From Raillietiella orientalis (lineage: Eukaryota), in NCBI GenBank assembly GCA_036172245.1, contig JAYWIR010000011.1, forward strand, positions 2,790,001 through 2,854,000: a stretch of DNA of 64,000 nucleotides, written 5' to 3'. The translations under genes and the position numbers were made by a program. Below the pieces are notes generated by a model. That model was given only the letters and a program-made list of their open reading frames with translations, made no database searches and was not told where the DNA came from. Of this stretch, positions 25,028 to 38,559 are shown piece by piece. Numbering within the stretch: the first letter of the stretch is position 1; every line of letters starts with the position of its first letter.

Positions 25028-27779
25028 ACTCTCCTGGGGGATGCCTCTCGATGCCTCGCTACTCGTCAAAAGGTTCTGTTTTTCCTTGTTCTTCCTGCTT
25101 TTTGTTTTTCTTGGCTTTACAGGATTCACCTCCCGGGGGCCGAAGCAGCCTTCTGTGACCCTCCGCTCCGTCCGCTGCTCCAGCTCGGAAGAAGAGCCCA
25201 GATCTCTCCCTCCCCTATGCCCAGGTCAGCGGCAGCCCTCCTTGGTCTTGCGCACCGGGATCAATCCGGGGATCTCGTGGGACGACGGGCGGCTCGGCCG
25301 TTCGATTCGCAGTCCAGCGCGGGCTGGGCCGCTTCTGCGTGGCGCGCTTTCTCTACCCGGAGACGTCATGGTGACCGCAGCGTCGCTCAGCCTGCAGCAA
25401 GGTTCAAAAAGAATCGTCTAGGATTCTCCCTCTTTTCCTTCACCGCCTCTTCCCTTTTTATTCCCCCCCTCTCCCCCCTTCCTCCCATCGCCCTCTCTAC
25501 CTCTTTCGCCTTTGCTTTCTGATTTTCTCCTTTCCTCAGCTCCTTCTTCACCTCTTCTTTGGTCCCTGAGGCGGCTGCTCACCGGTGGGAGTCCGGGTGC
25601 TCAGCGAGAACCTAGACAATCTCCTCAACTTCCTTTGACCCCGAGCTTGCGCCGCCGGTGCTGGCTGGGGAATGGATTAAGAAAGAAGGGGTGAAGACAC
25701 CGGACCTGCAAAGTGGTCAGCGATGCATCGCGTGGAATGTGTTACCTGGGAGGCCCACATCGGATTCAAATGCCTGGTGAGGTAAGAGGAGGGCAGTTCT
25801 CCTTCATCCTTCCGTTCTCTTCCGTCTCTTGTTCATCTTTCCGGACGAGAAACTCCCTCGGCAATTTTGGCAAAGTCGGAGGGAGAGGCGCGTGCAAGTT
25901 CTTTTCATGGGGGAGGTGGACGAACGCTCGGGGAGAGGGGTCAGAGGATCGAAGTGAAGGGAGGAAGGGATGTGACCAAGCCAACGGGACAGCAGACCGT
26001 CGCCCCTCTGAAAGGGAAGGGATCGGAAGCGATCCGAAGAGGGAGGAGAACCTCTCCGATTTCGCCTGGGAGCGCCTAGTCACAGAGCTCCCGACAATCG
26101 GATTTCCCTAGAAGGGAACCTCCGAAGAATGCCTAGAGGCGACCCGCTCCCGACTATTTGACAGCCCTGCAGGAAGCAAGCCAAGAAGCAACTTCAGGAA
26201 GGTCGGGGAACGGGATGGACTCCCCGGGGCTTCCCTCTCCAAACTGCGTCCAGCTCGGGGAGGGAGGGGGAGATAAAGCGGTACAGAAGATCCGACCCCG
26301 CGTCTGAAGGGAGGACGGTGCCTGGAGGATGCTCCCACAACGAGTTTTGGGACGATGGGTTGCACTCCTTGCCATCCGTCCTGGGAAGATGCGAAAAGGG
26401 AAGGAGGAAGCCAGGAAACCTGAAGCATCGCCCCCGTGTTGGGATCAGAAGTCACCGTGAGTCCTCCCTTTCGGGAGGCAGGTGGTAGGGACGGCCTGCC
26501 GAGCTTGTCCGGGAAGCGGATTCCTCCCCCTCCTCCTCGCTTCCCCTTCGCCCTCAATCCCGCCTGGCCGTCCTCAGAAAGCAGGAACGCCTCCTCGAGA
26601 AGAGGTCAGCTCACTTCTTCCCCTCACTCAACTCGCTCTCCTCCCGAACCAGAGGTTGCTTCCCCTTTGCTATTACCCCTACTCCCACCTCACCCTGGGA
26701 AGAAGCGGGAGACCCCTCCCTCTCTCCCGGGGATGAACGTCAAGGACTCCTGCCCTGAGACCCCGCCGAAGGAAGAAGCGTTGGCAACTCCTCACCTGGT
26801 TCCCAAGGAAACCCTCAGGGTCAGGAGGAAGCGATCTAAGCATCTTCGGGATCGACTCCTCCCCTTTCCCTCCCGGAGAGATGGGCGAGGCGAGGAGCAC
26901 CGGAAGACCTCGGCATCCCTGCCAGAAAGGTCTCTGGGAGCGCGGGAACGGCGGCGGCTGGAAACGTCCGAGGCATCGCATCGCTCGAGGGAGGAAGAGG
27001 GACCTCCGATGCCGCGTGCCCCCGGAAAGGTGGCCTCCGCAGGAGACCGAGCAGCTCCCGGGATTTTCCCTTTGTCCGCTGCAATGTGGAGGAGCGCTGG
27101 CCTGAGGGGCTGAGCGCTCCCGCCGGGATCTCCAGCGAGCGCAAGCTGGGAACGCCCCAGGGGAGCGAAAGACTTCCCGAGACAAGACCGGGACTGCGTG
27201 GACACCGGTGCACTTCCGGGCCTTCGCGAGCAGCTGAGGGAGAATCGCCCTCTTTCTAGGAAGACTCAAGAGCGGTGGCGGGAGGGAGGAGGAGAAAGGA
27301 GGGGCAGTGATGATGAACCTGAAATGGGAACGGTCGCTTCAATCGATGGGGATCCGGGACTCGCGCACTTCCAGTTCCCCCTTTCCCTTGGCTCAGCGTC
27401 CCGTTGCCCCTAATGCCGCTGCTTCCACCTTCCTCCTCCACTTCCTCTCCTCCCCGGCTGCGCCCCCCACCTCCCCCCCGTGCTTCCCGACTCGGGCTGG
27501 ACGCAGCAACCGATGGGGCGGCAAAGCAACACACGCCCTCCAAGCGCCGCCTCTTCCCACCGGGGCTTCTCTGAGGAGGAGTGGGCACAGGGGCCCTGCT
27601 CTGGAGATGACCCTCACGGCGTCCTCCGGACGGCGCTCATTCCTTTTCCCTCGTGGGCCGCCAGGGTCGGTAAGCGTCCGCCTCCTAGATCGCGCACCGC
27701 GACACCGCTTTTCCGCCGGAGACCGTAGGGACGCTCGGGGCTGCTGCGTGGTTTTCGGGAGATGACCTTTGCGCTAGGA

Positions 27780-28100
27780 TCGGGTAGCAGAGAGCGAACG
27801 ACAGTTGGGTTCGGCAGGGACACAAACCATCGGGAACCGCGGGTTTCGATGGACCGAGCACATCCCTAGTGGCGCGCGACCGCGTGACCTGGCCTTTGCC
27901 TTCTGCCGGGGGAAGCTCACGGAAACAGAAAGGTCCAGAAGCGCAGGGAGTCCCGGTGCCCCGCGATCCGCACTCGAGTGGCTTCCAGGAAGTTTGTCCC
28001 GACTTCTCCAGATGTGGCTGTTCAACGACGCGCGTTCCCGGGGCGCTTAAGCGCAGAGTTCCTAGGAGAGACCCGAGGCACCTAGGAACTGCTTCCCGCG
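27780..28100 (+). mobile_element. RLE-type (NeSL/Utopia-like) non-LTR relic, linker/CCHC region
   Basis: EHIPSG...LAFAFCRGKL followed (frameshift) by SRCGCSTTRVPGALKR...RH resembles the H(F/I)..G..F..RARL and CRRCG..ET..H.L..C...RH succession upstream of the RLE domain. Confidence 0.4.
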
Positions 28101-30204
28101 AGGGCCACACTTGATTCCCTCTCTGCCCACTCCAGAATGTGGGAGGAGGAGGTTGCGCTGAAGGGAAGGGAAGCAGCATGCCAGCCCCCCTGGGTCGTGG
28201 CGACGGCAGGAGGACGAGAAAGGAGAGGGAAGGGGGTCAACATGTCAACGTTGAGCACTTTGTCCTTCTACCCAGGCTGCTGCTGAGCTCCTCATGCAGG
28301 AGCCTCCTCGCCGGGCGAGGTCCAGAGCTCGGAGGAAAGGTCCGTCGGGTGGAGGAAGAACGCGCTTAATCAGGACCGCTCCCTCCCTAGGATTCCCCAG
28401 AGTGAATTGCGCTCTTGCCGGGAACGTGACGAAAGGCGACTCTTCCTGAGCGCCCCTCTCCCACGATCCTGGTTCCAGACTGGAGAATCCCGTGGGAAAC
28501 GCGAAGACGAGCCGCGAAGGCGGCGGGGAGGACGGCGCGACGGGAATCACTGCCTTGGAAGGGAACCTCTGTTTTTTTCAGGTAGGGGCGGCTGCAGGAC
28601 GGAGTCCCTAGATCTGGAAGCCGAAGGGGAAGGGGAGAATCGAAGGACTGCGAGCAGCGGCAGAGGAGAAATGCGGGATGTCGCTACCACGTGGGCGGAC
28701 GGGGAGGAGGGGACGCAGGGCAGCTGCACCCTACAGCCCTATACAGCGGAAAGCCTTGCCGCACCCCTTTCGCCCCTTCTTCGTGCGCCCCACCTCGAAG
28801 CATGCACGCCAGGGATGGGTGGAGAGGGGGGGAAAAGGCGTCTCGAACAGATGGGTCCCCGGCTGCTGTCGGAACCTGAGGAGGGCACCCGAAGAACTGC
28901 AGCCCCGCTGACGGACTTCCTGGAGGGCATGCTCGAGAGATGCAGGGCACTTCCTGGTGCCGACGCCGCCCAGCTTCTCGATGAAGCTCAAGGATGGAGC
29001 GACGGAAGTCATGAAGTGCCCAGGCCGGTCCAATCCTTCCACGGTGATGTGGAGGATACCGTGTTCCGGAGCACGTAGCAGACGGCGACCTCCCGTCTCT
29101 GTCAGCCGCGACCACAACAAGTTCGAATTACTGGAGCTAATCCGAAAAGGAGCGGAAGGGGGAAGAGTCCAGTCCAGGGAAGGGGGCAGGCAGGTGAACA
29201 GCCCGGACGGCGCACTCCTCACCCCTGTCGGAGCCATGATTGAAACGGTGGTCACCAAGCACTCGGGCGAACCTCATTCCTGGGTCACAAATCACCCTCC
29301 AAAATAGGTGTCGCGCCTTCGGGGAAAGGGACCTGAAGGACAGGTTCCTTGCTCTTCCTGAAGAAGTGAGGAACCGTTTGGTGACGCTGGCAGCGGCGGG
29401 AAGCCCTGGATCCAAGCGACCAGCCGAGAGGCACATCTCCGCCGTCGCAGATGATAGCAGCCTCTTGACAGGACAGCAGAAGTCGGGAGCTGATACCCAC
29501 CCATCATCCCTCACCACCTGATTGGTGACCTCTTGCGTTGCCAGATGCACCTCAGAGCATGTCTGGCAGCGATAAAGAGAGAAGGTTGTCCTGACTTCTC
29601 TTCGGCAGCTCGAGACCCGTGCACAGCGTCCATGCGACAGAGAGACGCTACCGGAGCAAGGGAGGAGTTGCCTTCTTCGTGCATTGCTGTCCCCTCCTTT
29701 CGCATCCTTCTGTTTAGATTCCCGCTCCCCTCCTCCTCCTCCCCACACCAGACCCTTTCTTTGTTTTTTCTCTCTCTTTTGGATCAAATCACTGCTTCCG
29801 CCTTCCCCTCCCCCTTACACGCTACGCCAGTGCAGTGCCTCGCGCCTTCCTGGCTGATCCACCTAGAAATCGGCCGGAACCTGGGACCTGCTTTTTCTGT
29901 CCTGCCCTCTTCTTATCTCTCATCTCTCTTCCCCGGACCGCGAACCCGAGATTTCTCGTGGCGTTGATTCCTCGCACCCTCTCCTTGGACGCCAACGCGG
30001 AGCAGCTACGCGTGCGCCACCGACGGCAGGAGGGACACCTCGCGGCTTCTCTCTCCCGCTTCCGGCGTGCACTAAACCAACGCCCGGGAGCACCATCCTC
30101 GCCACCTGTTCATCCTGGCGGGAAGGCTTTCTGTGTCTGACTTGAGACTTGCGCGAAAGGGCATGCCGAAGGGGGAGGACTGCTGGAAAAATGTCCCGTC
30201 CGAA

Positions 30205-30301
30205 TGCCTCCTTCTCCTCCTTCCTTCTCCTCCTTCCTTCTCCTCCTTCCTTCTCCTCCTTTCTTCTCCTCCTTCCTTCTCCTCCTTCCTTCTCCTCCTC
30301 C
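30205..30301. repeat. Polypyrimidine (CCT/CCTT) low-complexity tandem repeat
   Basis: Repeating cttctcctccttc units; similar tracts at 44690-44860 and 47828-47968. Confidence 0.85.
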
Positions 30302-30499
30302 TGCTGAGGCCTCTCACTTATGCTCACGTGTAGGACCGCTGGCGGTGGCCCATCTGAAGTCTCCAAAAGGACTCCCGAAGTGCAAAATGTCTCTCCTTGC
30401 CTCCTTGAAATTGCAGATTCTCTTGGTCCTTGGAGTTTTCCGGGTCCAGCCACAAAGGCAGGCAGGGATAAGGGCACTTCCATCCCTTCCGGCGCCTTC

Positions 30500-32310
30500 T
30501 ACGCGGCTCCTCCCGAGTGGATAGGCTCTTTTTGCTCTACAGCAGCGCCAGATCAGGCCGCAGACTGTCTGCCCCAGAGTCCCTTCTCTATCGCTCTTCT
30601 GAGTCTCTCCACGAACTCGTCGAGGCGTTTGATGCCTCTGCTCAGCTATAGGTGGCGCAACGGTCGAGTGCATGCCGAAAGGATCCCCCCTCCCCCCCAA
30701 GCAGAATACTTCCCACCTGGACGGAGGGCATCATAATAGCTCTGAATGCCTCGAGCCCTCATCCTCAAGGCTTTTGTGACCACCACGGGAAGGGTCCGGG
30801 ACTTCCTCGGTCGAGCTGCGTCACCATGCGGGAGCGCGACGCCTCCCCGCGTTGCAGCTTGCGCGACCCAGCGGCCCATTCTTCCCAGGTTGCCTTCAGC
30901 GACGGTGAGGTCTCCGACCCCGGTCCTTGGTTCTCCGCCATCGGAGGCCCATCCATGTCGCCTTTAGTTGGGTGGACGCCTGTGGTCCACTAAGGTCGCT
31001 GCGGGGCCGGGCTGAGCAAGAATCGCCCCAGTTCGTCACCCGTTGGCCCCGCCCGCGTTTTCCCCTGGACTGTGGCGAATTCTTCGGAAGAGATGCTCAG
31101 CGTCCGGACGTAGAGATGCGAGCAGCTTGGAGATACTCGGGGGGGTGATCGCTTCGAGCTATTTCGCAGTTGGTTGGGAGGAACGAGGCATCCTCTGCAG
31201 CGGTCCGCGTGGAAGAATTCGGAAACCGCTCTTCCCAACACTCGCGGGAGTTTCTGGATGTGCCAACCTGGTGCAGAGGAACATCCGCCCCGCCTTCCTG
31301 AATGCTCCAGTCCTCCGGATGGAAGGTCTGAGCCCATCTTTTGCCGCTGAACGAGAACGGGGTCCACTACGCGGAGGTCTCTCTCCGGTGGCAGCGTTTC
31401 TGTGGCTGCTCCCGGGGAAGAATCTCCGGGCCACCCGCTTCCTGGAAGGCTTGCGGACTTCATCAGGTGTTCCAGGGATGGTTTGATCAGTCCTCCCTTC
31501 ACAGCCGTGCAGTGGAGATGCTGCATGGGTGGACGCCATTCTTTGGCGGCCGGTTGCCCAGACGACGCTTGGGCCCTCCCTGCTCCTCCTCTGAGTTTTT
31601 CCAATGAAGAATCCGGCTCGCAACTTCATTCCCTGCTTTTCCCCTCGTAACTTTTTCCCGATCGGAAGCTCTCGCGAGGTCGGCAGTACCTGGAAGGTAA
31701 GGGACGCGCATAGTCCAGAGACCCTCGGGAATGGATCGAGAGGGGCCTTTCACCACACACGACCCTCCACGGGAAAAGGGGGCAGAGAGCAACGCAGTTC
31801 TTCGCTTCCCATGCGGCTGCACGCGTCGTCGGCAAGGAAGGAGCCTCTCGCGCGGCGGTCCAGCACCTCTGCAGCGACTGAGCGGTATCAGGAGCAGAGG
31901 TCCGAGTTCTCGCTTCCCCTCCCCCCCCCTTCCAATGAGCGGGGGGGTGAGAGGAGAGAAGGAGGAGGAATTTGTGGCCGCTCTGCTCTTCCGCGGATTC
32001 CTTCCTAAGTGAGCTCGTCGCCTCCGTCGAAGGCGCCTCGCCATGCGACCGCGCTTCCTCCTCCGGGAAGGGGAAGGGGGAAGAAGGAGCCTCCCCTCTG
32101 GGCAGAGGTTCCTTAAATCCTCCCGAGGAACCTCTCCTTGGCAGCGCCAGATTTCAGCTCCAGGAGCAGGTCCACAGCGCGGAACGAATAGGCGGCTTAA
32201 CGTCCTGTGCCGGATTAGAAACCGGGAAGGGAATGCATCTTCCCGGGATAAGTCGGAAGCTACTCCGCCCTGGAACGCCGTACTGGGCAACGAAGCGGTT
32301 CCTGTCGAAA
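30500..32310 (+). mobile_element. RLE-type non-LTR retrotransposon relic (RT C-terminal part to linker)
   Basis: Ordered decayed motifs: WRYSGG (YxYLG-like, ~31130), VSLRWQRF (LAPWQK-like, ~31380), RRRLGPP (GGLG-like, ~31565), RRLNVL (RARLNxL-like, ~32195). Confidence 0.45.
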
Positions 32311-32899
32311 GCCTAATAGGTCCTGGGGGCCATTCCTGCGGATTGCTTGCCCTCATTCCCCTTTCTCCCCCTTCCATCCCCATCCCCATCCCACTGTCCT
32401 TCCCGTCCTCATCCCATTTTCGCGACCGTAACGAAATTCGCGATTCGCGGGATGCGGGCACCCCGACTGCAGCTCCTCGAGGATTGGATCCCCCCTTCCC
32501 CCCCTCCACCGCTGTGACGGATTGTCCCCACGATTGGGAATCAATGAAAGTCGCGCGCTCACATCCCTGCGGGACTGGCCACGGGGAATCCTTTAATTGG
32601 GACCGCTCCGGCGGTCCGGGGGAGATCGTAACTCATCCCGCCGGACTTTCTCAATCCCGCTGCTCGCTATCACATCTCCTCTAGATGCTCCCGTCCTTTT
32701 TCGCTTCCTCTTTTCCGGGAGCGCCTCTTCCTCCCCCCTTTTCCCGCTTCCTTCTTCGGCGGCTCTTCCCTTTCCCAGGAGAGAGAGCGGTCGACTCGAT
32801 CCGCAAGAGGGAACTTCGGCCTCCCTCCCTCTTCCTCATCCCCGCGAATCAAGGAACCTCCTTCCTCCCCACCATGACCACCACTCTCCCTGATATCCT

Positions 32900-34437
32900 T
32901 CCCTCTCTCTGAGTGTCCGTGCTGCACCTCTCTTTGTGGATCCAGGAGCGAGACTAAACCCCCTGCGACGGAGAAGAAGGATCGCGACCTCGTCTCCACG
33001 TTGCATCTCCTGTCCAGCTGTCCTGAAGCGGTTGCAGAGGCGGAAGCTGGGTCACGTAACCGTTCTCCTTGACCGATAGGACGAAACTCCCTACTGTGAT
33101 TCCTGAAACGCCAGAAAAAAAGGTGCCACCGGGGAAGGTGGGTCAAGTGGGGCTCGTGACCTCACCGGCGATGTCGCCAGATCCCCTCCCCTGCTCTGGG
33201 ATTCTTTTTCCCAGGAAAACCCTGCATTTCCTTCTTCTGACGACCCATATTGCCATCTCACACCTCCGCGGCCGCATCTTCCCCCCTCCCCCCCCCTCTC
33301 TCCCTTTCCTTCTTTGGTGTTGCCTCCCATCCATCCCAGACCGTTGGAAGGCTGCTGCTCCTGATGGAGGAGGAGGATGTCCTCCCCTCCTTCACCACAG
33401 GGACGCCTCTGCCGTTTCGAGCCTCGGAAGGATAGTTTTGATGGGGATTTCAAGCCGAGTCTCTCGAGACCACGCTCTCTGCCGCCGGCGCTGGAGCCGA
33501 GAACTCGACCGCCTTCTTCGTTTCGGCTGACCTCGAGCGCACAGTCCCGAAGGGACCGGCTGTCGAGTGGGAAACGCTGGGGGGAAAGAGGGGAGACGAC
33601 GCTGGTGCCTGTCGGGAAAGCGCAGGGGAGGCTGCTTGTGAGCGCGGACTCTTCCCTCGCGGTCCTCGAGCCGTCCTTGACCCATGACCCTCCGATCAGG
33701 GATTCTGCCTCATCCCTCGATCACTGAATTTTAGATTTCTGTTGTGTAGAACGGATGCCCCTCAGATGTTCTCCAGCTGTTCCGGTATACGGTCACCTCG
33801 CTGAAAGAGCGAAGCTGCGTCTGGATTACTGTGGACACCATTAGTCCCGGTCCCTCTCCCAGAGGGTAAGCCCAGCGCACGTCCTAGCTGCGCTCGACGG
33901 TGGTGCACCCTCCACCCTGCCGTTGCCGCCGCTTCCTCGGGCGTCGCCTGCCTGTTCGCGGGGCCCCATGCCTCTTGTTCGAGGTCCCCGGAGCTGCCAT
34001 TGACCATGCCGTCTTCCCGGAATCGGTACTCCCTGAAGGCGAAGAAGGAGGAGGGAGCACCCTCCCTTGTTTCACTCTTCGCCGCACTTCCTCCTGCTGC
34101 CGCCTTGTGCCCAGGAAGCGTCGAGCGGGATGACACGACTTTTGTATGCTGGAGGAAGTGGTGGTCTTCGGTTTCATTTGTCCCTTTCTTTCTAGAAGCG
34201 GCTGTGAATGGTGGTCGTCTCCCTGGCGATGTCTTATGGCAGGTGAGGGTTACTTTGCAGCCGTCCTCGCGAAGGCAACTGCCAGCTGGTGGACTTCCTC
34301 TGCTGCGAACGAGGCTCCATCACAGGACGGTTGCTGTGACGAGGGCGCAGAGGCAGCATCTCGTCGCGATTACGGTGCCCGCCGTTTCAACCCACCTTCC
34401 GTGAAACTATCGTACTCCATATAAAATACAAATAAAT
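32900..34437 (+). mobile_element. L1-type element lacking RT (APE joined to C-terminal zinc finger)
   Basis: DGDFKPSL (~33440), RLLVS, SLDH (~33720) then FRF give the end of an APE domain. About 400 bp later come LCPGSVERDDTTFVC (zf-RVT-like) and WW..AANE, ending in the A-rich ataaaatacaaataaa (~34421-34437). Confidence 0.5.
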
Positions 34438-34899
34438 GTAATGGGGCTTTGACTTTGTAACCACTGCATCCTAAGAATGGTTCCTCTTAGTGTTCCGCCT
34501 TAAGGCAACTTTGGCGTTGCCTCCTGCTGTTTTTGTACCTCATCTTTTTGCAATAGGATGACCACTTCCTCGATTCATCTTCCACTGAAGAAGTTCCCTC
34601 AAATTCACTACGTGTTGCCAGAGTTTATCAGCTCACTCACTCATATTGCTGCATGCTCTCGGAACAAAAGCGAAAAGGCTGATACGTTACTGATATATAT
34701 ACATATTAAAAAAAGAAAACGAAGTAAAGAAGCTTCACATCAGTCTTTGGTGCCGTCCTCCGGGTGGCGAACTGCCGAAGCGAGTCGCCGCCACATGTCC
34801 TCCGTGGCACCGCGGTCCAACAGTTCGGGGAGGCAACTCCCACGCGAACCAGGAGCCTGCGCTGGTTGCAGGAAAATCTCAGCGCAGAAACAACAAAGA

Positions 34900-37560
34900 A
34901 TCCTGTGATTTCCACCGCAGAAGTAGCACCGTGGTGTCTGCACACGTGGTGGAAAGGTGGGGGGAAAAAGGTAGCGCATTCTTCGAGGCGCACAACGAGC
35001 AGGTCGTTCCACCGAAGGAGCCCCTTCGCCCAGGGCCGAGGAGTGGCGGCGTCCGCCAACTCGCTCATCTTGAAACGGTCTAGGAGTTTCTCGACTCCCG
35101 CAACGCTGCAAGATAACTCCCACCACCACGCTGGCTGGCTTCCGCCGTCGGTTGCCCTGAGGGTAGGCAGCGCTGCGGCAAGGGACGGGATGGCTATCCG
35201 GGACCGTTGCGTCCAGCCAAGCAGGGTATCTCCTAGAGGTTCGCAGAGGAGTTTCCTCAGAGGGAGAAGTTTCTCTGGAGCTTTCGGACCCTTCCCGGTT
35301 AGGTCTCCGGTACCGCCTGGCTGGAGGTCGCCGACTTTCCCTGCAGCGCCTCCTCGACAAGGCTGACCTCTCGACAAGGTTCGAATTCTACACGGAGGTT
35401 CAGAAGGCACATTCCTGGGTGCATAAAGATGCAGATTCCGCGACAGACGCCTCGGACGTTTTTGTCCCGCCCCACTGCTCTCACGGCTCACCGAGCACAA
35501 GACGGATGGCGCGTACGCAGCGGTAACACGTGATTTCAATCACTCGTCTCCAGAGAGCAGCACCGGGGATGCTCGAGTCTGGGCAGCCGGCTTTGGATCT
35601 TTCCCTCCTCGCTGGTCTTTCTCTGGAAACGCCAGTCCTCAGAACCGACCGAGTAAGCTCTGGCGGACCGCTACCTACCCTGAAGTGTTCCATCCTTGAG
35701 AATCTTCCTTCGTTCAGTCGTCCTCTGCTCAGAAAGCTGGTGGCAGCAGCTTCTTAGTCATGCTGAGCACGAATGGAGCCCGGAGATCGTCTTCCATTAT
35801 CCAGAGACCCACGTTTGGACTTCCCGGGATGTACAGGAAGATTTTCATCCCCTCCTTCACTTTGCATTGGACTATGTTGAAAAGGAGTCTTCTTGAAGGA
35901 CTCCTCTGGATAAGGGAAGCCGCAGTGCAAAAGGAGGAGAGCCACGTCTTCGGCATGTGCATCGCCATCTGGTTCGAATAGGATCCGAGTTTCCTCCCAC
36001 TAGGTCTGTGTCTGAGTTTTCCACAAAGTCATGGTCCCAAGCACTCCTGGAAGTGCCAGTCCAAAGTCCAAGCATCTTCAATGGTCTGCACGGTTTCCGT
36101 GGAGAGATCCAGCAATTATCTGAACCTGCTTGCGTCCACCGACGAAAAACCCCACGTGGTACCATGAGTCGCGGGATCGAATACTCCGAAGAAATTGACG
36201 CAGTGAGTCATGGGTCCCGAGTTCACCCCACAAGATGACGCCGGTTGGCCTACATTCATCCGGGTGCGGCACTGGTAGCGGTTGAAACCGGATGCCCCCC
36301 AATGAGGGCCGGGACAAATGGGAGTGGACCTCCGGGTACTTCCAGGAATCACGGAGTGGGAGCTCCCCTCCGGTTGTGAAGGAGCGGACCCCCCATTCCA
36401 AGGGGAACCCCTCCGCGTCGGACTGATGGAGTAGGTATGTCGCCACCACCTCTCCAGAGAGTGCAGAGACGCGGGCTGATCCCTTCGGGGAAGTTGCATC
36501 CTTCTGAATTTCGGAAGCGTCCCTTCTAAGTTCTCTTCAGAGGAGTAAAAACAGGAGCGATCTCTTGCGGGTTCCTTTCAGAAAAGAAAAGCTGGAGCGA
36601 ACTCCTCCAAGGGTCTCTGGAATCTCTAAGGAAAGAGATTTCCTGCTGGATCCCCCTTCGGTGACTTCCTCTCGACTTCTTTCCTCCATCCCCTCAAAGT
36701 CACTCGTTATAAAGGAGGTGAGAAGGAATGCTTTAGTGGCAGCAGCCAAAAAAGTGGACCTTGAAGGCAAGCCGGAGCTGCTATCCAGGTATGCTCACTC
36801 CTGTGCTCTCTTCGGACGGTGGACTCGAGGAAAATGAGAACAAAAAGCATAGGAAAGAAGGCGACGTGCTCGCAGAGCCTGGCAAAGGGCATCTTCCTCG
36901 ACCAAGGGTTCCAGCAGCGTTCGTAGGCATGCGATGAGGCCGCAGGGCAGCGGCAAATCACCCTCCACTCACTAGTCCTGTTCCACTCCGACCCGCTTTC
37001 CGTTCGAGGATAAAAGTGAAGCCCCTCCACTTCGGAAAGGGGATCGGAGGGAAACAGTCCCAAGGCTGAAAGGAGAGGGAGAGAGAGTAAGTCTCGAAGA
37101 GCCAATGCAAAAAAAACAGAAAAGAAAGAGGCGGCAGGACAAACCGGAGTTGCAGTATCGAGAGAAGCAGGTGGTCACGGCACTTCGATGCAAAAAACGC
37201 GCAAGTGAATTTTCGGAAGAGTGCGAAGGGGTCATCGAAAACGACTCTGCAGCCATCAGCGGAAGAAGAGAGCACTTCACCTCTATCACTCGTTAGAGGG
37301 TCAGGAGGTGAGGGAGTTCTTCTAGTAGGTTCCTTTTCCCAGAAAGCCACCAGAACTCATTGTGGACAGGGAGTTCTGTTTTTTTTGAATAAAAAAGAAG
37401 AAAAAATCTCTCCTGAACTCATCTCATGGCTGCGACCACCGCTGCGATTAGTTGCTCACAGTACAATCACCGGAAGTCTTCTCTTGTTCTTAGCTTTTCT
37501 GACTCCCAGTGACAAGGCATCAAGGATCCGGGCGACGATATTCGACCGTTCCTCACTGAA
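34900..37560 (-). mobile_element. L1-type relic (ORF1 end, APE, RT start) interrupted by SINE copy C
   Basis: Minus-strand order: ORF1-like LSALG..P...RV..YERC (36900-37090); APE-like DTDLVG, LYIP, IMEDDL (35780-36090); RT-start-like LTGKGP...VEKLLDR...AKGL (35010-35310). Confidence 0.45.
36128..36690 (+). mobile_element. tRNA-derived SINE, copy C (degenerate head)
   Basis: cgcgggatcgaatactccg (36170-36188) matches cgcgagttcgaatactccg of copy B. The body is colinear with 17540-18050 (ggcactggtagcggttgaa; ttccaggaatc; ctctccagagagtgca; tttcggaagcgtcccttc). Confidence 0.7.
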
Positions 37561-38192
37561 AGGGAAAGCGGAGTGAAAAGGCGCTGTTGTGGGCAGGCAA
37601 AGTCGTTTCCACGTCTCTCATGTCTCTTCCCGACTCAGACTGGGATCGCTATTTATTCATTATTAGCCTCTGACCTTTACCCGTTAGTAGCCTTCCCTTC
37701 TCACCCTCACGCTCCCTTAGCAGCCTCTCTCCCGGCGAAGTTCAAACCCCTTCCTCATCGGACCGGAAGACGTCATCACACATTCCTGTTCCTGTTTTAT
37801 TTAATTTGAATAAATGTTCATGCACACCGGGCCTGCTCGGGGATGGTGGTACGTAAGTTGAGGACACAGGCGGCAGGTGGGATAAGTACCATCTGTACCC
37901 GTAACGCGCGCGCCTGGCTTCAGAGGTAGCCTGCATTTTAGGGAATCCCAACCGACCGAACCGGAAGTGGCATGAACGTTTATGCTCCAGTCTCCTCTGG
38001 AGTGTAAGTTTGGGAGCTTGAAGAAGTCCACGCATGCCACGACGCAACCTGAAATCCGAAATGGAACGATAAAAAACAAGAGATTCCTGTTGTTCTTCTC
38101 AACAAATGTTTTCTTGCTGGAAAGTAAAATTGCCTGGGGCGACCACCCCCTCAATGACGGAGCTACATGCGAATCGGGGACGACTGTGCTTT

Positions 38193-38281
38193 ATGTCTCC
38201 ACCCCTCATCTTCGTCTCTGGATGGGCGACATCCAGAGACGAAGATAAGGGGTGGAGACATCTTCGTCTCTGGATGTCGCC
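38193..38281. repeat. Triple inverted repeat (A-A'-A)
   Basis: 38193-38224 pairs with 38230-38261 (31/32, 5-nt loop). 38225-38246 pairs perfectly with 38260-38281 (22/22). Confidence 0.95.
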
Positions 38282-38559
38282 TGGGGCTGCCGATCCATCG
38301 CACCCAGAGGACCTACTCCGCAACGCAAAAAGGCGCGAAAGGACCGCCCAGGGGAGCCCGGACATCGCGGCGCGGCTTTGCCATTCTGGCAGCGCTTGTG
38401 ACCGACACGCATTTAAACCGACAGATCCTTCCTTGACCGCTGAAGGGAGCAAGAGAAAAAACCTCTCCAGAAAACGCGAATTCAGGTCCTTGTAGCAGAA
38501 GAGTCCTTAGTAAGCAGGACACCTGGCAGGTCAGGGAAGAGAACAGTGAGGGGGATGAT

